From: a virus
Reading direction: 5' to 3' (one strand)
Length of the DNA stretch: 64,000 nt
IMG/VR virus record: IMGVR_UViG_3300032173_000004
Location: 1 to 64,000 of that record
The position numbers and the translations under genes are program-made. Below the pieces are notes generated by a model. The model was not told the DNA's origin, did not search any database, and saw nothing but the letters and a program-made list of their open reading frames with translations. Of this stretch, positions 20,834-30,656 are shown piece after piece (positions within the stretch are counted from its first letter, which is position 1; the number at the start of each line of letters is the position of its first letter).

Positions 20834-21275
20834 TCAGTAGGTCTCAGAGAATCCGTCGGCTAGGCCGATCTCTTCAGCTACTTGCACGCTCTGCTGTGTG
20901 AGACGCGCCTTGGCTTCTTCTTCTTTCCTCCTCTCCTCGGTGTCCACACCATCGAGAAGATCAGGTTCGAGACCCTCGGCGATCTCTTTCTCCCACTTGT
21001 CGATGAGAGAGTCGCCGGTATTGCTGAAGACTACTTGTCCGTCCCTCGTCTGCCTCGCTTCGATCGGGTTCTTCCGGTAGTAGTCCTCCCAGAACAGCGT
21101 CAACAGCTCCAGCAGCGTGAGCTGTTCGAACGCATCATGGGTCGATGGAAGGTGGTACTTGGCCTCCCACCAGCTGCGGAGGATGTCCAGCGTGTCCGGG
21201 TTCCTGACCCGTTTGGCTGCGATCATCCGCGCTGCTTCTTCCAGTCGATAGCTCTTCTCGGAGCCTGGCAGGGAG
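20834..21275 (-). CDS. Tail assembly chaperone C-terminal extension (probable +1 frameshift product)
   Basis: Overlapping +1 frame ORF (...LRSWWEAKYHLPSTHDAFEQLTLLELL...) directly before tape measure, lacking a good RBS. Confidence 0.6.
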
Positions 21276-21731
21276 AAACGAATTCTCGAACTTGAGAACC
21301 TCCTCGTAAAGAACCTGCAGGAGGTCCGGGTCAATGATCTCGTCGAGATTGAACCAGGTCGGGGCCTGGATGACAGCGAACTCGAGGTGCGCCATCATCC
21401 CGTTCATGTTGTTGATGTGTCGCTCGATGCCGTGACCAGGATTGTTCTCGTCGAAGTGAAGCCCACCATTGAGCTGTACTTTCCTGACTCCGATCTGGGC
21501 CAAGTCACGAACCGACATCTTCTTGATCGTGAAACTGCCCTCGTACACCTTGTTCTCCATCTCCGACATGTATCGGAAAGGAAAACTGTGGGTACGGTTG
21601 ATCGGAGTTGTCATCACGTTCGCCTGCTGAGGATGCTGAGGGTACGGTGGCATCGGCTGCGAGGGCGAAGTGGAGGGGTTGGTCTGTCGGAACTGCGGCT
21701 GACCACCCACAATTGCTGCTGGATCTACCAT
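21135..21731 (-). CDS. Tail assembly chaperone
   Basis: Between tube and tape measure; YEGSFTIKKMSVRD...AHLEFAVIQAPTWF...LYEEVLKFENSF; AGGAG RBS. Confidence 0.75.
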   Translation of the reverse strand: MVDPAAIVGGQPQFRQTNPSTSPSQPMPPYPQHPQQANVMTTPINRTHSFPFRYMSEMENKVYEGSFTIKKMSVRDLAQIGVRKVQLNGGLHFDENNPGHGIERHINNMNGMMAHLEFAVIQAPTWFNLDEIIDPDLLQVLYEEVLKFENSFLPARLREELSTGRSSADDRSQTGQEPGHAGHPPQLVGGQVPPSIDP

Positions 21732-21771
21732 CTTCTTATCTCCTATTGTCGCCAGGTCTCTGGACGGCCCG

Positions 21772-22221
21772 TTACGGACGCTCGTACTCGTCCGCCACCT
21801 TGATCGCCACGAAGGGGACGTTCTCGCTCACGATGCCGCGGGCGGTAACATCGAAAGAGTGCCCGCCGCAGCGGACACCGGTGAAGAGAGCCACGGTCTT
21901 GCGGGTGACACCAGCGTCCTCGATGGCGGCATCCATCGCGTTCGACGTGATGATGTCCTTGGGCTTGGGGAAGATCCCTTGCTTCTTGATGGAGTCCCCG
22001 ATGATCCTGAAGATCTGAGCCGAGAGCGTGCATCGGTACGCCACCGGCACATGCTCGCGAACCTCAAGAAGATCAAGTACTTCCACCGGTTCGTAGTCGA
22101 TCGTCTCCTCGCCGCTCACTCCTGCGGCGTAGCCAACCGTCACTCCGCTGACCTTGAAACGAGCCCGAGCGCCGGAGAACACCTGAGGTGCGCCGGCAAC
22201 GTTCGCAGTGGCTTCCGCCAT
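21772..22221 (-). CDS. Tail tube protein
   Basis: 149 aa; VFSGARARFKVSGVTVGYA...YEPVEVLDLLEVREHVPVAY; AGGAGG RBS; downstream of sheath. Confidence 0.85.
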   Translation of the reverse strand: MAEATANVAGAPQVFSGARARFKVSGVTVGYAAGVSGEETIDYEPVEVLDLLEVREHVPVAYRCTLSAQIFRIIGDSIKKQGIFPKPKDIITSNAMDAAIEDAGVTRKTVALFTGVRCGGHSFDVTARGIVSENVPFVAIKVADEYERP

Positions 22222-22409
22222 AGGATCCTCCTATCCTTGGTTGATCTTGTTTTCTACTACCGAGCATGCTGGGGGTGCCGAAGGGTGACCGCTACGTGTC
22301 AGCTCCAGAGCACTCCGCTGGCGAGCAAGGTGAAACCCCGGGGAGGACTTGCCTCCCCGGGGATCACACTGTTTCCTGTGGCCTGGCGGACAACAGGATC
22401 TTGACAACC

Positions 22410-22439
22410 AGCCTATCTCAGGTGGTAGACCCGCGTCAA
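22410..22439 (-). promoter_or_regulatory. Putative promoter for the tail tube operon
   Basis: TTGACG-N18-TAGGCT, just after a terminator hairpin. Confidence 0.5.
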
Positions 22440-22454
22440 GAAATCGGGATCTTA

Positions 22455-22477
22455 GAAAAGCTGAACGATCTCAGCTG
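22455..22477 (-). terminator. Intrinsic terminator
   Basis: AGCTGA-gatcgt-TCAGCT followed by TTTC immediately after the stop at 22478. Confidence 0.5.
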
Positions 22478-23161
22478 CTAGGAGGGCTTGGTGTAGAGGG
22501 CGATCGTGTCCCGGACCAGCTGCAGCGCAGAAGCGATGAGAGCCCCGCCACCGTGGCCGCCAGCAGATCCGCCCGCGAAGGGGCTGCCGACCGTGAAAGG
22601 GACCGTGGCTGCACTCAACCAGGCCGGCACGGCACCTCCCAGCTGTCCGATGAGTCTCACCAGGGCTGAGATCATCGTGGGGCCGAAGCCATAAGGATTG
22701 CTGGCAGAGTCGCCGAGCCCCTTGCCACCACTCATCGAATCGATCTCCGCGTCGACGGCAGCGTACTCGACGCTGAAGGTGTCGTTGTCGCCTGGAGCCG
22801 ACGGCAGAACCTTGTTCAGGTTCAGCGTGTTGGTCGTGTTGCTCACCACGAACGCTGTGACACCAGCCAGGGCTGGGGTCACATCGCCGAGGAACGTCAC
22901 CTTGGCGCCGACGAGGCTATTGACCCTGGTGAAGGCACCTGCCGTCTTCACCGCCGTGGTCGAACTACCGATGGCTACCGCCAGCAGTCCCGTGGTGTCG
23001 ATGAGTGCCGTCAGGCACCTCAACAGGTCTCCCACCCGATTGCCCCGAACGAATAGATCTGTGGCTGCCGCGGTGTGAGTGGTCGCATCCGTGTGAGGCA
23101 GGACAGAAGCCTTGAGGTTTGCCAGCTGGGTGTCCAGGATGGCCGGAATCGAGATCGACAT
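22478..23161 (-). CDS. Virion structural protein between sheath and tube
   Basis: 227 aa; contains the same beta module as the sheath insertions (LVGAKVTF...VVSNTTNTLNL...PSAPGDNDTFSV); AGGAG RBS. Confidence 0.65.
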   Translation of the reverse strand: MSISIPAILDTQLANLKASVLPHTDATTHTAAATDLFVRGNRVGDLLRCLTALIDTTGLLAVAIGSSTTAVKTAGAFTRVNSLVGAKVTFLGDVTPALAGVTAFVVSNTTNTLNLNKVLPSAPGDNDTFSVEYAAVDAEIDSMSGGKGLGDSASNPYGFGPTMISALVRLIGQLGGAVPAWLSAATVPFTVGSPFAGGSAGGHGGGALIASALQLVRDTIALYTKPS

Positions 23162-23188
23162 GACTCAGTCTCCTTTCTTTCTTGTCTT

Positions 23189-25795
23189 CTACGCAGCCTG
23201 CCTGGGCAGCTGGAGGTAGATATCGTTGAGCTGGAAGTTGATCCCCACCGCGGGGTAGATCATGACCTTGATGGTGGCGATGTCGCCACTGATCGTCACC
23301 CGGAGCTGCTCATAGCCCGGCACCGTCTCGCCGTTGTCGTTGAGCGAGGTGACGACAATGTTGTCGGCGTTGCATGCATCCAGGTACGCCACCGCGGTGT
23401 CTTTGATCGAAGCCGCGTTGGCTGGGCTGCCCTTGACACCGGTGAACCGGTCTTCAAGGGTCGTGCGAAGCCCGTAGGCCACGTACCGAACCACATCGCG
23501 AGTCGAACCTTCCATGTAGGCCAGGTTGTCATCCTTCAGGTACGTCGTGAGGTCGCGGACCCACCTGATGCCCTTGCCTTGGACGAACTCCGCGAACAGA
23601 ACTCCACCTGCGATCATCTGATTCGCGTCCGTCCGGTCACGAGGATCCCAGGACGTGTCCTGAGTGATCGCAAAGGCCTTGAGGTACTTGTGGGTGAGGG
23701 GCTCGCCAACCTCAGGAGCACCAGACCTCATACCGGCAGCCTCAACTGCTTGCGCCCACGCATCCTGGGTCACCAGATTGCTGTCAACATCGAGAACATC
23801 GATCCTCTGTCCACAGAGTTGAATGTCTTCGTTGTTGATAGCTTGCACCTGAGACAGAATCTGGGTTTTCGTTCCCTTGTAGCCGATGATGCCACCACAC
23901 TCATTCTTGGCAACACCTCGAGCCATCGAAACGTGAGCCGACAGCTGAGCTGCTACTGCAGACCAAGTGGCATCCGAAGTAAGGCCTTCGTTGGCCAGAT
24001 CTTCAACGATGAGAGGCACCACGAAGTTGTGGCGCACCTGCAGCATCATGTCGAACGCCGTCTGCCAGTCACTGTTGTGACTGTGACCGCGAGAACCGCC
24101 GGACAGGTACCTGTATGTGTCTCCGACGACACCTACTGATCCACCCGTCCACTCTGGCCGACCACCACCGGTTCCGGTTCCTCCCGTCGTAGCCTTCGCC
24201 GCCGTGATCCACTGATTCTTGACGTTGATGTCGTCAACCAGCTGCGACAGGTTCCGCTTGAAGTTGTTCGGCCACGGAACAGTGTAGGCCAGCGTCGGAG
24301 TCGGCTGAGTTGTCACCGTGGCCAGATCGTTCCTCAGGTCTGATCCGGTGGCACCGAGATCGAAGTCGAACGACGAGGCCAGCGTCGTCTGCTTGTTGAC
24401 ATAGCTCGGGATCGTGGCCTTGTAGTTGGTGTTGGCGTTGATCGTCGCTGCCAGCTGCTCGACCGTGTCCAGCGGACTGATGGTGATGTTCAGCTCCTGA
24501 GTCGGAGAGACCGCCCCGTTGACCGCTGTCATCGTGCGAAAGGCTGTTGCCTTTCCAAGGGACCCGACAAACGATCCAGTGGCCTGGGTGACATAGTGAA
24601 TCTCGTAGACATCACCGACGCCAGGAAGCGTGGTCCACGGGCAGTCCAACGTGAGAACTGGAGCCGTACCAGCCGTGTTGCTGGTGATCGAGCGACGCTG
24701 ACCGGCTCCCACGCCAGTCGTAATCGCCACGACCATGCCTGCCAGCTCGTTGGCAGCCACATTGATGGCATCGACACCCGTACCGGGCAGAGTCAACGAT
24801 GATCCAGAGCCAGCGGCAAGCAGGGCCCCGGTCAAGATCTGACCCTTCCTGATCTCGTACGTGGCTCCGATGCCAGGAGCCAGCTGGAAGGCGTTGGTAA
24901 CGCTGACCGTGGTCGCTCCATTGGCGCTGATCTTGCGAAAGTTCGGAGTGGTCAGAGCACCACCCGTCGCCTTGACGAAGAATCCGATCCACGCGCTCGG
25001 AGTCCACGCTTTGGTGGAGTCAGCGATCTGTGTCGTAGAGCCAGCTCCGTCGGCTGTTCCTCCGTCCAAGAGCACACGAGTCGACTGACCAATGTACTCT
25101 ACTTGGAGGAATGACTTGTCACCGAGGTCATCGCTAACCTGGGACAGATCTCCGAACGAAGTGGACCAGGCGCCGCCGCTGGTCACGCCAGGCTCCCACT
25201 CCTGTTTGATCTGATTGGTGTGAGCACCGTAGTCCTTGCTCGTGAAGACGATCATCGGGGCAAGAACATACAACGTGGCCGAGGTAGCCGGAATCGCCGA
25301 GAACGGAGTTGCCAGCGTGATGGCTGTCGCCGTGTTGGTCAGGATCACTCGATCCTCTGAGCCACTCCGAAGGATGTTGTTCTTCAGCTCGTCCACGGTG
25401 AACGACTCGGCAGGAACCTGGATAACCGATGTGGTGGATCCAGGCCCCACAACCACGCTGTCGATGCGGTTGTAGAGAGTCAACGCAGCCTGTGTGCTGT
25501 TGTTGACCTTGAGGCAAAGGCAGCGGAACGCGCCACCAGGGATACGTGGATCGTTCGACGCGTCGAACGCCACCCTGATGGCATCAGCCAGCTTGCCGTT
25601 GCGGAAGGCACCCTTGGCCAAGGCCGGATCGTCGATGGTGACGATCGTGAGAGGCGGTCCGCCCTCGGCCTCGCCAATCAGACCGACGATGCCATTGGTG
25701 GCGAGACCGATCTGGGCAAGAGCGCTGGAGTTGATCCTCGTGAGACCACCCGGTCGAAACTGGGTGATCCCGTTGAACGTTACTGAGCGTGCCAT
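23189..25795 (-). CDS. Contractile tail sheath protein
   Basis: 868 aa; IVGLIGEAEGGPP, FTSKDYGAHTNQI, GEPLTHKYL, RWVRDLTTY, IYPAVGINF match SPO1/Herelle-type sheaths. Confidence 0.93.
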   Translation of the reverse strand: MARSVTFNGITQFRPGGLTRINSSALAQIGLATNGIVGLIGEAEGGPPLTIVTIDDPALAKGAFRNGKLADAIRVAFDASNDPRIPGGAFRCLCLKVNNSTQAALTLYNRIDSVVVGPGSTTSVIQVPAESFTVDELKNNILRSGSEDRVILTNTATAITLATPFSAIPATSATLYVLAPMIVFTSKDYGAHTNQIKQEWEPGVTSGGAWSTSFGDLSQVSDDLGDKSFLQVEYIGQSTRVLLDGGTADGAGSTTQIADSTKAWTPSAWIGFFVKATGGALTTPNFRKISANGATTVSVTNAFQLAPGIGATYEIRKGQILTGALLAAGSGSSLTLPGTGVDAINVAANELAGMVVAITTGVGAGQRRSITSNTAGTAPVLTLDCPWTTLPGVGDVYEIHYVTQATGSFVGSLGKATAFRTMTAVNGAVSPTQELNITISPLDTVEQLAATINANTNYKATIPSYVNKQTTLASSFDFDLGATGSDLRNDLATVTTQPTPTLAYTVPWPNNFKRNLSQLVDDINVKNQWITAAKATTGGTGTGGGRPEWTGGSVGVVGDTYRYLSGGSRGHSHNSDWQTAFDMMLQVRHNFVVPLIVEDLANEGLTSDATWSAVAAQLSAHVSMARGVAKNECGGIIGYKGTKTQILSQVQAINNEDIQLCGQRIDVLDVDSNLVTQDAWAQAVEAAGMRSGAPEVGEPLTHKYLKAFAITQDTSWDPRDRTDANQMIAGGVLFAEFVQGKGIRWVRDLTTYLKDDNLAYMEGSTRDVVRYVAYGLRTTLEDRFTGVKGSPANAASIKDTAVAYLDACNADNIVVTSLNDNGETVPGYEQLRVTISGDIATIKVMIYPAVGINFQLNDIYLQLPRQAA

Positions 25796-25813
25796 GGTTT
25801 GCTCCTACCCTGG

Positions 25814-26074
25814 TTAGTAGTTCTTGAAGAGCTTGTCCCACTCTTCGACTGTTCGCCGCCCCGTGGTGTCCGCGAACGCCTCCATGCCACCTCTCCAGTG
25901 GGGCTTGAATCCCTTCGACTGGAACCACCTGGCAAACGACACCAAGGGGGCCAGCTCCTTCTTCGGAGAGGCGACCTTTGGCTCCTCTGCGGGGGTTGAG
26001 GCTTCCTTCAGCTCGGGCTGCGGAGCAGAAGGAGCCGGGTTCTCCTTTACGTCCTCACGCGTTGTCTTCGCCAT
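25814..26074 (-). CDS. Small hypothetical protein upstream of sheath
   Basis: 86 aa with AGGAGG RBS; operon context. Confidence 0.7.
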   Translation of the reverse strand: MAKTTREDVKENPAPSAPQPELKEASTPAEEPKVASPKKELAPLVSFARWFQSKGFKPHWRGGMEAFADTTGRRTVEEWDKLFKNY

Positions 26075-26086
26075 TGGCCGGTCCTC

Positions 26087-27145
26087 CTACGGAGCAAGGT
26101 TCAAAGTCGTTTCAGAGACAGTTCGGCTCACTCCCGAGCTATCCCCAACATTCGGATCACGAACACTGAGAGCGACGGCGATCCTCTTGATCGTCTCGAC
26201 CGTGAGATAGACATCAAAGCCGTACTGGAACTCGAGGATCAGAGCACGCAGATATGACGGATCAGGAAGGTACTCTGGTTTCTGAACAAAATCCGTCCCG
26301 CTAACCTTCGGCTCGATGATTCCTCGTTGCTGCATCCACTCGCAGAAGATAAAGAAGATCGCCTTGACCATAGCATACAAGCAGATCGTGATCTCTGGAT
26401 TCGGACCGGCGATCGAAAGCTGGTACGACGTTCGGTACAAGGCTCCCTTTCGCTCCACGACAGCTCCAGTGCCGAAGAGCTTAGAAGGCTCACCCGTGAT
26501 GTGCCCGGCGTCCTGGAACTGGAAATCGAACACAGACGTCGCATCTGGGATCGTCATCCAGTTCGAAGTGACCTCCACCGTGATGGCTTTGGAGGCAGCA
26601 TTCCTGGACATGGTATTGACCACGCGTCGTTGACCAGCACCCTGGCCCTCCCTAATCACCACCAACACTTCTGGCACCTCAAACGGATCGGAGATGTTGA
26701 AGATTTCATCTGTGGTCTCGAAGATGAGTGTGGAGATCGTTGCCGCGGTGACACGGTACGGACCAGCCAAAGTGAACGTCTCGTTGGCCAGGTTAGACAA
26801 GGAGCCACTGCCAACTTCATTCGCTGGATCACCAGCCTCGTCTTCGAAGTCGAATGGCGTTCCTGTGTCCTCTACGTTCCTTGGGCCCTGCATCACGTCC
26901 CCCAAGAACGCTTGGCTCTCAGCCTCGCTCTTGAGGGCTATGATGATCGCCGGCAGCTGCGGCGGGGTGGCAGGCCAATTGATCGCAATGTCGATTGAGC
27001 TGTTGACGATGAAATCCCGCAACCCCATGACATCTTCTTGGGTGAGATTTCGAAACAGCATGTCGATCAGATCAGGATTCTCTCGGAAGGTGCGAATGCC
27101 CTTCACCAGAACTTCCTGAATGACCATCTCTGGCATGAGGCTCAT
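26087..27145 (-). CDS. Tail terminator / head-tail joining protein
   Basis: 352 aa; INWPATPPQLPAIIIALKSEAESQAFLGD...YLRALILEF; located before sheath. Confidence 0.6.
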   Translation of the reverse strand: MSLMPEMVIQEVLVKGIRTFRENPDLIDMLFRNLTQEDVMGLRDFIVNSSIDIAINWPATPPQLPAIIIALKSEAESQAFLGDVMQGPRNVEDTGTPFDFEDEAGDPANEVGSGSLSNLANETFTLAGPYRVTAATISTLIFETTDEIFNISDPFEVPEVLVVIREGQGAGQRRVVNTMSRNAASKAITVEVTSNWMTIPDATSVFDFQFQDAGHITGEPSKLFGTGAVVERKGALYRTSYQLSIAGPNPEITICLYAMVKAIFFIFCEWMQQRGIIEPKVSGTDFVQKPEYLPDPSYLRALILEFQYGFDVYLTVETIKRIAVALSVRDPNVGDSSGVSRTVSETTLNLAP

Positions 27146-27744
27146 ACGAGCACCCGTGCAATCAACGGCACGAAGACCGTCGCAATCTGCTTCCTGATGT
27201 ACTCGATCACTGCCGGTCTCAGCGGCCCAGGACCGCCCGTACCGATGGGCTTGAAACCTGGATGAACCCAGCCACTGGACTTCGGCAGCATCCGTCGGTA
27301 GCTATTCGGATCACCCTGCTCCTTGTTCTTGGTGCGAAACGGGATGTCCACGAATGGTGGATTCGGCTTCTTTCCGCCAGGATTCGTCTTATGCAGCTGG
27401 GACCAATGATCTCCGGCGTGGCCCTCGAGGCGCGGTGGCTTCAGGTCGAATGCCGACACACCCTGTTCCAGCTTGGAGACAAGCCAGTTCGTTGACTTGT
27501 CTCGAGCGAACAGAGTGATGCACGAATGCGAGGCATCGTCGATGGAGTAGTGCAGAGCGTCTTGGTAGCGACGTCGTGTTGACTTCAGCTTGCGCCCAGC
27601 TTCGTTCTGCCATTCCTCATAGGCCGCCTGCGTGATCTGACGAAGACCTTTCTCGCAAGCTTCCTCGAGGCGCTGGGGCAGCTTCTCCATCTTGTTGATG
27701 AGTCGATCCGCCAACACCTTGACTTTGATAACCAACGTGATCAT
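27142..27744 (-). CDS. Neck / tail-completion protein
   Basis: Start re-called at the TGATG overlap; AYEEWQNEAGRKLKSTRRRYQDAL, LEQGVSAFDLKP, FVDIPFR, SGWVHPG as in SPO1-type neck proteins. Confidence 0.65.
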   Translation of the reverse strand: MITLVIKVKVLADRLINKMEKLPQRLEEACEKGLRQITQAAYEEWQNEAGRKLKSTRRRYQDALHYSIDDASHSCITLFARDKSTNWLVSKLEQGVSAFDLKPPRLEGHAGDHWSQLHKTNPGGKKPNPPFVDIPFRTKNKEQGDPNSYRRMLPKSSGWVHPGFKPIGTGGPGPLRPAVIEYIRKQIATVFVPLIARVLV

Positions 27745-28541
27745 CAGCATCCCCCCAGTCGCGTGCAGAAAGCCACGCGGTCCAGTGCCCGAATCGACGG
27801 GTCCTTCGTGGGAAGAACGATGTGCCTCTTGCGCAAAGGGCACCTCATGCCAAGGTCACGACCTCGATCCTGTCTCGTGTTCGGAGGATTGAAAACGATC
27901 CACTCCAGGTACGCCATGTACTTCAGGGTGTAGGGCTTGAACATCTGCGGTCGGTTTCCCTTCCAGCGGACCACTCTGCTTCCATCAAGCTCAAAGTCCG
28001 CTCCACCTTCGTAGACCTTGCCATCAAGATCTTCGCACCATACCGACTCTGCGGCGTTGTACCAAAGAAGATCCTCATCGTCGTCAACACCGATGTTCTT
28101 CCTGGTACCGTTCTCGTCCTGAGATCCAGCTCCTCGAACGATGACTTGTCCCTCATCCACGGCCTGAGGCCAGGTGTAGGTGATCCGATCTCCAGTGCAA
28201 ACCTGGTAGCCCGGAGCGATGGACATGATGGCGTCGCCTGGAACCATCCAGCCCATCTCATCGCGATTACGGGTCTCGGAGATCCCTGTGAGGATGGCCA
28301 CGACCTTGCGAGGATCTCGGAAGAGGAATCCGATGCCGTTGCACAGCTCGCAGCGGAAGGTCGTTCTCTTCCGCAGAACGTGAGGACGCTCCAGAAGCCC
28401 AGCCGGCATGTCATCAGCGCCACACGGGCAGCGGATCGCCGTCTCGTGGATCACGATCTCGCCCCGGTTGTTCACCTGGCCGGTGTGGAGCTTGAGGTTC
28501 CAATCGATCCCCAGCCCTCGGTATGGTCCTCTCGTCGTCAT
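27744..28541 (-). CDS. Neck / head-closure protein with CPC...CxxCxG motif
   Basis: AIRCPC...CELCNGIGFLF, typical of SPO1/Herelle neck proteins. Confidence 0.7.
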   Translation of the reverse strand: MTTRGPYRGLGIDWNLKLHTGQVNNRGEIVIHETAIRCPCGADDMPAGLLERPHVLRKRTTFRCELCNGIGFLFRDPRKVVAILTGISETRNRDEMGWMVPGDAIMSIAPGYQVCTGDRITYTWPQAVDEGQVIVRGAGSQDENGTRKNIGVDDDEDLLWYNAAESVWCEDLDGKVYEGGADFELDGSRVVRWKGNRPQMFKPYTLKYMAYLEWIVFNPPNTRQDRGRDLGMRCPLRKRHIVLPTKDPSIRALDRVAFCTRLGGC

Positions 28542-28588
28542 GATCCTCGCTATAGTAACCGAAACAAAGAGAATTCGGCCACTTATAT

Positions 28589-30001
28589 CTACAGAACCAC
28601 CACTCCCAGCCCCTTGTACCTGCCCTTGACCCCTTTGATCTCCCGGTTGATGAACTTGTTGTAATCCTCGATAGTTGCAGCGTAGATCCCGTAGACGGCG
28701 CTGGCAGTGTAGGACACGCTCTCCGACACCCCGTCTCGGGATAGGGACTGGGAGGAGAACCCGCCGCGGTAGGCGTGCCCAGCGACCGTCAGAGCGTCGA
28801 TGGCGGCCTTCTTGCCCAAGATCTCCAGAAGAACAGGATCCACTTGCCTCAAACCAGCCCGCCCGTTGAAGTGCCAGAAGTTCGGCAGCTCGATCTGACC
28901 ACGGATGCTCTCGACCCAGACAAGGCCGATGAACTGGAAAGCGATCTGCTGATTGAAAGGCACCAGCTGCGAGTACCCACTACGCTCAGCAATCTCTAGC
29001 CATTCCAGGGCTGTATCGATGATCCTGGTATTGGCGATCTGGCCAAACAGGTTGTCGAGCCTCAGCAGGCCAGGGTAAGGGAACATGATGTCGATCCAAC
29101 GAGCTGGGGTCGACGGGAAGAACGTGATTGGCGGAACAAGGAAGTCCCAGTCCACTACCGGGCCACCTGGAACCGGAACCAAATCCGTGGTGATCCGAGT
29201 AGGCTCTAGAAACACGCCCGCGAGCTTGTCGTTCTCCAACCAGTCGCACGACTGGTTGATCCAGCGACGTAGCATGTCGTCAGTGATTTCGGCTGCCGTG
29301 ACGAACAGCTCCTCAGCTTTGTTGGCAGTGGGAAGAGCAGTCACGTTTCGAACCTGGATGACGATGTAGTCGCTGCCCTGGCAATCTCTCTTGAGAAGAT
29401 AACGACCAGGGGAGTTGATCACGATCAGAGGACCAGCTCCCCATGAGATCTGTCTCGAGACGGTTGCTGTTCCGTGGTAGACGTAGGTGAGCTTCTCGAA
29501 CCCCGTGGCATGGGACGTGCTGACCTGGACCACCTCAACGCCGGTGATCTCCGACGGCTGAAACTTCACAGCCCGCACATCGTTGGCTTCCAGAGGCAGA
29601 CCGAAGATGTACGTGTCCCGGAGCTGCTGAGCCGTCAGGATCGAAATAAGGAAGTCAGCTGTCACACCCGCCACCGAGGGATTGGACTTCACGAACGCTT
29701 TGACGAAGTAGTACCCCCTACGGATGAGGTTGATCTGATACTGGTCAACTACATCTTCGTAAAGGTTGATCGACACAACTCCTACTTGTGGATCGGTAGT
29801 GCCAGAGATCGTGACGTCCTTCGAGTACACTGCGACGCTTCGATCTCTACGCGCCTTGACAAGCTGCACCGTCAAGACAGTCCCTGACATGTTGCCGCCG
29901 CCAGACGCAGTCCATTGGACATTGATCACCTGACGAGGACGCTCGAACTTGCTGTACTCGTCGAGATCAACAGTGACTTGGACAGTGGTTGGTGCCGCCA
30001 T
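28589..30001 (-). CDS. Head-tail adaptor (neck) protein
   Basis: 470 aa; LRDTYIFGLPL and GFSSQSLSRDGVSESVSYTASAVYGIYAATIEDY signature of adaptor proteins. Confidence 0.75.
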   Translation of the reverse strand: MAAPTTVQVTVDLDEYSKFERPRQVINVQWTASGGGNMSGTVLTVQLVKARRDRSVAVYSKDVTISGTTDPQVGVVSINLYEDVVDQYQINLIRRGYYFVKAFVKSNPSVAGVTADFLISILTAQQLRDTYIFGLPLEANDVRAVKFQPSEITGVEVVQVSTSHATGFEKLTYVYHGTATVSRQISWGAGPLIVINSPGRYLLKRDCQGSDYIVIQVRNVTALPTANKAEELFVTAAEITDDMLRRWINQSCDWLENDKLAGVFLEPTRITTDLVPVPGGPVVDWDFLVPPITFFPSTPARWIDIMFPYPGLLRLDNLFGQIANTRIIDTALEWLEIAERSGYSQLVPFNQQIAFQFIGLVWVESIRGQIELPNFWHFNGRAGLRQVDPVLLEILGKKAAIDALTVAGHAYRGGFSSQSLSRDGVSESVSYTASAVYGIYAATIEDYNKFINREIKGVKGRYKGLGVVVL

Positions 30002-30010
30002 GTCTGTCCC

Positions 30011-30646
30011 CTATGGGATGTCGAACAGATTGTCCGACGCGTTAGCCGGCACAGTCAGAGTGCGCCGATAGTTGATCACCGGGATAACGATGTCCACGAT
30101 TGAGCCCTGCAGAATCTCGAGGGCGAAGAAGCCTCCTTGATCTGTTTTGGCGCTGATGATTCCAGAACAGATGCCACCACGGTTCGGAGTGATCCCCATG
30201 ATAGCCGGCGCTGACAGTACTCTGGCGCTGATCGACTCTCCGATGAGAGCCTGCCCCTTGAGGTCGACCAGGTTTCCTGTGATGACATTGGTCGCCAGGC
30301 TGATCGTTCCTGGAGTGTAGGTGCTCGACGACTCCACGAATGCCTGGCCCACCGACTGACGGATGGCCGGAGACGGCAGAGCCCCGTTCCCGTTAACGAC
30401 ATAGAGGAACGTGCCCAGAACAGCCAGCTCTGGAGCGGAGAACAGAATCTCGTAGAAGCCGTTGCCGTTCTCTCGGAAGTCAGCCCCCGAGAGCAGCTTC
30501 AGAGTGAAGGTTGGATCAGTGGACTTCTTGAAGCTGACATCCACTTGGTTGTAGAGAATGCCCACTCGCGGATCACCAGTGCCGACGTCCGCAGCGAGGA
30601 AAGGCAGCCAGGTTGGTGTTCCTTGAAGAATCTCGATGTAGGACAT
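30011..30646 (-). CDS. Beta-rich virion structural protein
   Basis: 211 aa; Ig/transthyretin-like strands (SAKTDQGGFFALEILQG); AGGAG RBS. Confidence 0.6.
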   Translation of the reverse strand: MSYIEILQGTPTWLPFLAADVGTGDPRVGILYNQVDVSFKKSTDPTFTLKLLSGADFRENGNGFYEILFSAPELAVLGTFLYVVNGNGALPSPAIRQSVGQAFVESSSTYTPGTISLATNVITGNLVDLKGQALIGESISARVLSAPAIMGITPNRGGICSGIISAKTDQGGFFALEILQGSIVDIVIPVINYRRTLTVPANASDNLFDIP

Positions 30647-30656
30647 CGTCTGTCTC

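Noticed and set aside
22222-22400. tRNA, c-di-GMP riboswitch or IscB omega-RNA
   Set aside because: No cloverleaf or T-loop, no convincing GEMM consensus, no adjacent IscB/TnpB; kept only as an unassigned structured leader
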